The notes under the pieces are model-generated. The model was not told the DNA's origin and searched no databases. It worked only from the letters and a program-made list of their open reading frames with translations. Made by a program: the position numbers and the translations under genes. Shown here one piece after another: positions 35,051 to 41,286 of a stretch of DNA of 41,286 nucleotides. The stretch comes from Chiloscyllium plagiosum. Its lineage: Eukaryota. Positions within the stretch are counted from its first letter, which is position 1, and each line of letters begins with the position of its first letter. The stretch is from contig NC_057750.1 in NCBI RefSeq assembly GCF_004010195.1, positions 10,596,643 through 10,637,928 on the forward strand. The letters run 5' to 3'.

Positions 35051-35700
35051 GGACAACATGATAGCTCAGTGGTTAGCACTGCGGCCTCACAGTGTCAGGG
35101 ACCCTGGTTCAATCCTAGCCTTGGGTAACTGGAATTGGGTTAGATTAACTACAGTGTGGAGACAGGCCCTTCAGCCCAAATAGTCCACACCGACCCTCCG
35201 AAGAGTAACCCACCCAGACCCATTTCCCTCTGACTAATGCACCTAACACTATGGGAAATTTAGCATGGCCAATTCACCTGACTTGCACATCTTTGGATTG
35301 TGGGAGGAAACCGGAAACCCACACAGGCACGGGGAGAATGTGCAAGTTCCACACAGATGGTCACCCGAGGCTGGAATCGAACCTGGGACCCTGGTGCTGT
35401 GAGGCAGCAGTGCTAATCACTGAGCCACTGTAGCGCCTCAGTTGTCTGGAGTTTGTACATTCTCCCCATGTCTGTGTGGATTCCCTCTGGGTGTTCTAGT
35501 TTATTCCCACAGTCCAAAAATGTGCAGGTTAGGTGGATTGGCCATGCTAAAGTTCCCCGTAGCATCCAGAGATGTGTAGGTTAGATGGTTTACCCAAGGG
35601 AAATGCAGGGTTACAAGTGGGAGGGTGGGATGCTCTTTGGAGGATCAGTGTGCATTCTATGGGCCAAATGACCTGCTTCTACACTATAGGGACTCTACAA
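35051..35700 (+). mobile_element. HE1-like SINE interrupted by an antisense HE1-like SINE (~35140-35438)
   Basis: Head at 35051-35130; V-domain resumes near 35443; the inner copy is complete on the minus strand. Confidence 0.85.
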
Positions 35701-35799
35701 TTCTGCAGCATAGAGGTTGGAGGGCCAAGAATTTGGCTAGTGTTATTACTGCACTGTATTATCACTGGATGATCAAGTGCTATCTTGTAATTGCAGCAA

Positions 35800-36660
35800 G
35801 CAAATGGAGTAATGGCCTGTATTTGAATACAGGAGCAGTGAAGTCTTGCTTTAATTATATAGGAGCTTGGTTAGATCACAACTGGAATACAGTGTGCAGT
35901 TTCCTTACCTCAGGGAAAGATATTATTGCCATAGAGGAACTGCAACAAAGGCTCACCAGACTAGTTTCAGGGGTGATGGAGCTGTTCTAAGCAGTGAGAT
36001 TAGGCAAACTGAGCATGTACTGTCTACAGTCTCGGAGAACCAACCTCTACAGTATGGAAGCAGGCCATTTGGCCCATTGAGTCCACACCAAACCTCCAAA
36101 CAGCATCCCACTCAGACCCATCCCTATCCACCTCTAACCTTATTCCTTATAACCCTGCATTGCCCCTGACTAACCTGCACATCCCTGGACACTTCTGCCA
36201 TTTTAGCATGGTCAAACCACGTAACTTGCACATCTTTGGACTGAGGGAGGAAACTGGAGCACCCGGAGGAGGGGAGAATGTGCAAACTCCACACGGACAG
36301 TTCCCCAAGGGTGGAATCAACCCAGATCCCTGGTGCTGCAAGGCAGCAATGCTAACCACTGAGCTACTGTGCCGCCCTAATGAGTGAATGAGAGGTAATG
36401 TAATTGAAACCTACAAAATACTTCCAGGATTAAACAGGGGAAGATGTGGGTAAAATGTTACCCTGGTTGGAAGTGTAAAACCAGGGGGCACAATTTAGAA
36501 AAACAAGGGAGGATGTCTCTTAGGTCTGAGATGAGGAGAAATGTCTTTTAGTGTCAGGGTTGAAAACCTTTGGAGTTCTCTACCACAGAGGGTTATGGAG
36601 AGCCAGTCTTTGAGTATACTTAAGGTAGAGATTAATAGATTTCTGATTTCCAGTGGTGTG
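35800..36660 (+). mobile_element. Old CR1 fragment interrupted by an HE1-like SINE (- strand, ~36045-36378)
   Basis: VRSQLEYSVQF before the insert and RVENLWSSLPQRV after it. Confidence 0.78.
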
Positions 36661-36667
36661 CAGAGTT

Positions 36668-36987
36668 TCATAGAACTCCTACAGTGCAGGAACAGGCCAT
36701 TCGGCCCAACAAGTCCACACCTCCAAGACCTAGACCCATTCCCCTACCCTATTATCCTATATTCACCCCTGACTAATGCACCTGACCTATACATCCCTGA
36801 ACACCTTGAGCAATTTAGCATGGTCAATCCACCCTAACCTGCACATCTCTGGACTGTGGGAGGAATCCAGAGCACCCGGAGGAAACCCATACAGACATGG
36901 GGAGAATGTGCAAACTCCACACCGACAGTCACCCTGGAATCAAACCCGAGTCCCTGGCGCTGAGGCATTGAGCCACCGTGCTGCCCG
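36668..36987 (-). mobile_element. HE1-like V-SINE
   Basis: V-domain and head gggcagcacggtggctca. Confidence 0.85.
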
Positions 36988-37027
36988 AGTTATGGGGATG
37001 GGGTGAGTACAAGGCATTGAAGAATTC

Positions 37028-37520
37028 AGGAGAGGCTGAACAGGCTGGAGCATTGGAGGCTGAGGGATGACCTTATAAAGGTTCATAAAATCATGAAGAG
37101 CATGGACAGGGTGACTAGCCAAGGCCTTTCCCCCAGGGTAGGGGAGTCCAAAACAAGAGGGTATAGGTTTAAGGTGAAAGGAGAAAAATATAAATGGGAC
37201 CTAAGGGACAACGTTTTCATGCAGAGAGTGGCGCATGTATGGAATGAGCTGCCAGAGGAAGTGGTAGCTCATTCCATACATGCACCACCCTCTGCATGAA
37301 AACGTTGCCCCTTAGGTCCCATTTACATTTTTCCCCTCTCACCTTAAACCTGGTACAATTACAACGTTTAAAAGGCATCTGGATGAATATATAAATAGAG
37401 TTTAAGAATGTTAAGGGCCAAATGTTGGCAAATGGAACTAGATTAATTTGGGATATCTGATCAGCAAGGATGAGTTGGACTGAAGGGTATGTTTCCATGC
37501 TGTACATCTCTATGATTCTA
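37028..37520 (+). mobile_element. CR1 3' end containing a 90-bp fold-back duplication
   Basis: Arms at 37165-37254 and 37262-37351; CR1 sequence resumes afterwards. Confidence 0.9.
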
Positions 37521-37814
37521 GGGCTCTACTTGATCTACCTTGATTGTATTGAATGGTGGGGTAGTCTTGATGGGCTGAGTGGCATCCTCCTGTTCCTAAC
37601 TTCTTTCAGCAGGAACAAGCAATTCCTGATTGTGTTGTGAATGAGTCAAAGGAATTTTACTTCCAGTTTACTTTTTGTTCAAAGAGTAAAGGAAGCTTTT
37701 CTCTGTCCTCTCTGTCAAGGGAGTGTTTGGTGGAGACGGTGTCAAGATAACTTTGCTTTCTCTTTACTTCTTGCTTTAAAAAAAAAGCCATGTGGGGTTA
37801 TGGGACAGGAATAG

Positions 37815-37940
37815 CCTGATGAAGGGCTTATGCCTGAAACGTCGACTCTCCTGCTCCTCGGATGCTGCCTGACCGGCTGTGCTTTTCCAGCGCCACACAC
37901 TTCAACTCTGATCTCCAGCATCTGCCATCCTCACTTTCTC
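37815..37940 (+). mobile_element. Short Penelope-derived element beginning with a hammerhead core
   Basis: CTGATGA A GGGC TTAT GCCT GAAAC GTC at 37816-37843; the 5' strand of stem I is lost. Confidence 0.72.
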
Positions 37941-38344
37941 CATAGAGTAGGGTAGTGTTGTTCAGAGGATCCACTCAGACTCGATGGGCTGCATGGCCTG
38001 TTTCTGCACTGTAGGGATTCTATGACTCAATGTGTCAGGAACGGGATTAGTGTCAACATTAACTGTCCAACTCAATCCCTCCCCTCAGGGTAAGCGTGAA
38101 CTCCATCAGCCTTGCAGTAATGACACAAAGGCAATAATACATCTGTCCATGGTTATGTTGATGTCCCAGCACAGACCACCCAGGGGACTGAAATAAAAAC
38201 AGAAAGAGCTGGAGTAATTGAGCAGTTCTGGCAGAATTTGTGGAGAGAGAAACAGAGTTAATGTTACAAGTCCAATAGGACCCTTCTTCACAACTTCTGA
38301 ACTATTGGTCCTTTGGTAGAACCACCCCTGGAACGTTTAAAGAA

Positions 38345-39180
38345 CTGGCACTCTGTTCCTGACTCCCCAAAGCCTGTCCAACATCAACAAGATCAGGAAT
38401 ATGATGGAATACTCCACACCTGCCTAGATGGGTGCAGCTCCAACAACACTCAAGAAACTCAACACCATCCAGGACAAAGCACCACATCCCCATTCACTCC
38501 CTCCACCACTGACACTCAGTAGCACCATCTACAAGGTGCACTGCAGAAGTCCACCCAAGCTCCTTAAACAACACTTGCCAAACCCATGACCTCTACCAAC
38601 TAGAAGGACAATGGTCGCAGATACAGGGAAGACCACTCCCAGCAAGGTAGGTGATGGCCTAATGGTATTATCACTGGACTGCTAATCTAGAGCTAATATT
38701 CTGCTAACCTAAGTTCAAATCCTGCTACAACATGGTGGAATTTGAATTCAATAAAAATCTGGAAGTAAAAAGTCTAATGATGACCACGAGTTGATTGTCA
38801 GACAAACCCATCTGATTTACTAATGCCCCTCAGGGAAAAAAACTGCCATCCTTACTTGGTCAGGCTTATATGGGACTCCAGACCCACAACAATAGCTCTC
38901 TTGGCAATTAGGAATGGCAATAAATGCTGGCCTAGCGTCTCATCCTGTGAATTAAAACAAAGCGATCTCCTGCTAAGCCACTCATCATCCTGACTTGGAA
39001 ATATATCACTAGTCCTTCAGTGTTGCTGGGTCAGAACCCTGGAACTCTTCCTCTAATGGCATTGTGGGGTTATCTACAGCACATGGGCTACAGCGGTTCA
39101 AGAAACCAGCTCACCACCACCTTCTCAAGGGGCAACTAGGGATGGGCGATAAATGCTGACCCAACCAATGACACCTAAAT
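38345..39180 (+). mobile_element. Second LINE family 3' fragment interrupted by its partner SINE (~38648-38955)
   Basis: The LINE is colinear with 18390-18920 on both sides of the SINE. Confidence 0.8.
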
Positions 39181-40520
39181 ACTTTTAATAAGTAAATGAA
39201 CATCGAGCTTATTAACCAACTTTATTAACAATTATTAAGCGTATTAATTAATCTTGTTAACCAATCTAATGATATGATATTAGGTGGTTTGGTGAAATAT
39301 AAACTTTGGTCCTATTAAGTGAAGCATCTTGGGAGGTTTTAACTTGGTGAAAGGTGGTATACAAATGTGAGTTGTTGCTATTAGGAGATAGAGACAGAGC
39401 TTCAGGACCAAAAGCCCAGTTATCTTTCATACTCTTCTGCAGAAAGCTTTGAAAAAGATAATCGAGTTTAATCTGAATAACTATCAGTGTCAAACATCCT
39501 CTATAACCTGCCAAGCAGCAGGAAATGATTGAGCATGGAACTTGATGCTAATGCTAAACATGCTGTTGATATTCCAGTTTAATTTCCTGCCTCAGTTTCC
39601 TGTCATTTAGTTAGATGAGTCACATCTGCTGTTCAGTTGTAGGTCCCTGAAAAAAAAATCCCTAAACGTCAAGCACAGCTGTTAATATCTTGTAAAAGGT
39701 GACAAAGTTGAGCTCACTGAAGTTGCCATTCAATGAAAAATCACTTTAGGCACTAACACAGGGGCACTGGCAGCCGCTCAAACCTGTTCTGCAATGAGAT
39801 TGTGGCTGATCTGTGATCTAACTCCTTTGCCTCATATCCCCTTTATCCAACAAGACACAGAGTCAGAGAGACATTGGAAAAAGGACCTTCGGGCCACCAT
39901 GTCCATGCTAGTCAGAGACAACCACTTCACTACTCTAATCCCATTTTCCAGCATTTGGCCCATAACCTTGGAATCACAAGTGCACATATAAATACTTCTC
40001 AAAAGTTATGAGGGTCTCTAACTCTACCACCCTTACAGACAATGAATTCCAGATCCTCACCACTCTCTGGGTGAAAAAGTTATTTCTCACATCTCTAAAC
40101 CTTCTGCTCCGACCTTAACTTTATGCCCCATTCAAACGTCACCACCTGCCAAGATGAGATGCAAATTCACGAGCCCAGAGCATTGCACTGGGATTACTAG
40201 GACAATGACATTACGCCACCATCTTCCCATGTGTCAATCTCTGATATAAGTTACCAATTTACCTCACAACAATTGTCTATTTCAGAAGAGGATTCCATGT
40301 CAATATCGTCTAGACATTCTGAAAGGTCTGGCTGGAATTTTTAAACCATGCCTCCTTGTCCTAGACTCCCAAATGGTTTCTCTCCATCTTATCTGTATTC
40401 ACGTCTTAACAAATTTTGATTATGTAATCTCTTACACCTCTAAATTCCTGGGATGCAGTCCTGGTTTGTGTAATCTCTCCTTGGCTTTTAACCTTGTAGT
40501 TCAGGCATCATTATGCTCAA

Positions 40521-40869
40521 GAACATAGAACAATACAGCACAGTACAGGCCCTTTGGCTCTTGATGTTGTGCAGACCTTTTATCCTACTATAAGATCAAA
40601 CTAACTTTATGTCCCCTTCATTTTACTATCATCCATGTGCCTATCCAAGAGTCGCTTAATGTCTTTAATGTCTCTGACTCTACTCCCACCGCTGGCAGTG
40701 CATTCCACATACCCACCACTCTCTGCATAAAGAACCGACCTCTGACATCTCCCCTAAACCTTCCCACAATCACCTTAAAATTATGTCCCTTGTGATAGCT
40801 ATTTCTGCCCTGGGGAAAAGTCTTTGACTATTCACTCTATGCCTTGCATCATCTTGTACACCTCTATCA
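40521..40869 (-). mobile_element. CR1 3' end, cut off by a Tx1-like insertion
   Basis: gaacatagaacaatacagc tail; the CR1 match stops at cacctctatca. Confidence 0.85.
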
Positions 40870-41286
40870 GGTGACGTCATGAGGATCAGTAAATCCTTCT
40901 ATTCCAGTCTGTATGACTCGAAGCCGACCAACAGCGCGGCCTCCCAGTCGTTCCTGTCCTCTATCATGGAGGTCTTAGACGACAGAACACGCGAGAGGCT
41001 GGACCAGCCGCTATCTCTGGACGAGCTGACCAAGGCCTTTGAGTCCTTCGAAAAGAATAAAACTCCCGGAAGCGACGGCTTACCGGTCGAGAGGCTGGAC
41101 CAGCCGCTATCTCTGGACGAGCTGACCAAGGCCTTTGAGTCCTTCGAAAAGAATAAAACTCCCGGAAGCGACGGCTTACCGGTCGAGCTCTATTCCGCTC
41201 TGTGGGACTTGATTGGCCAGGACCTGCTGGAGGTGTATGTCAGTATGCTTCGGGCAGGTACCATGAGTGAATCCATGAGGAAAGGC
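40870..41286 (+). mobile_element. Young L1/Tx1-clade LINE ORF2 fragment, 5'-truncated, open to the window end
   Basis: SFYSSLY...LDQPLSLDELTKAFESFEKNKTPGSDGLPVELYSALWDLIGQDLLEVY...SESMRKG (K-x-PG-x-DG-L-x-x-E motif before RT); CpG-rich, no stops; 96-bp tandem duplication. Confidence 0.88.

Noticed and set aside
35051..35130. tRNA gene (also the A/B boxes near 21320-21380 and 28435-28515)
   Set aside because: These are SINE heads continuous with SINE bodies, with no complete cloverleaf.
39180..39280. Cluster of TTATTAA/TAATTA homeodomain-like sites
   Set aside because: Cannot be told apart from AT-rich low complexity next to a LINE tail without conservation data.

Overview
Vertebrate genomic DNA, almost certainly from a cartilaginous fish (shark-type HE1-like V-SINEs, CR1/HER1-like LINEs and Deu-domain SINEs). 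The only host gene I can support is the 3' end of AKT2 on the + strand: three coding exons (2678-2765, 3928-4030, 5411-5490) ending ...HFPQFSYSASVRE*, then about 7.5 kb with no recognisable young repeats, read as a very long 3' UTR ending near AATAAA 12938-12943. The remaining ~28 kb is a dense, nested mix of CR1, a second LINE family with its partner SINE, HE1 and Deu SINEs, a Rex1/Babar fragment, a young Tx1-like ORF2 fragment and many Penelope-derived pieces. The most striking pattern is a set of about six sequence-distinct short elements that all carry a minimal hammerhead-ribozyme core (CUGANGA, one extra base, stem II, GAAA, 4-nt palindromic stem III). Many are fold-back palindromes, and most have 12-17 bp target-site duplications. 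One has inserted into another's hammerhead and one into a CTCF-like site. Repeat family names come from my recall of consensus sequences, not a database search, and repeat boundaries are approximate.
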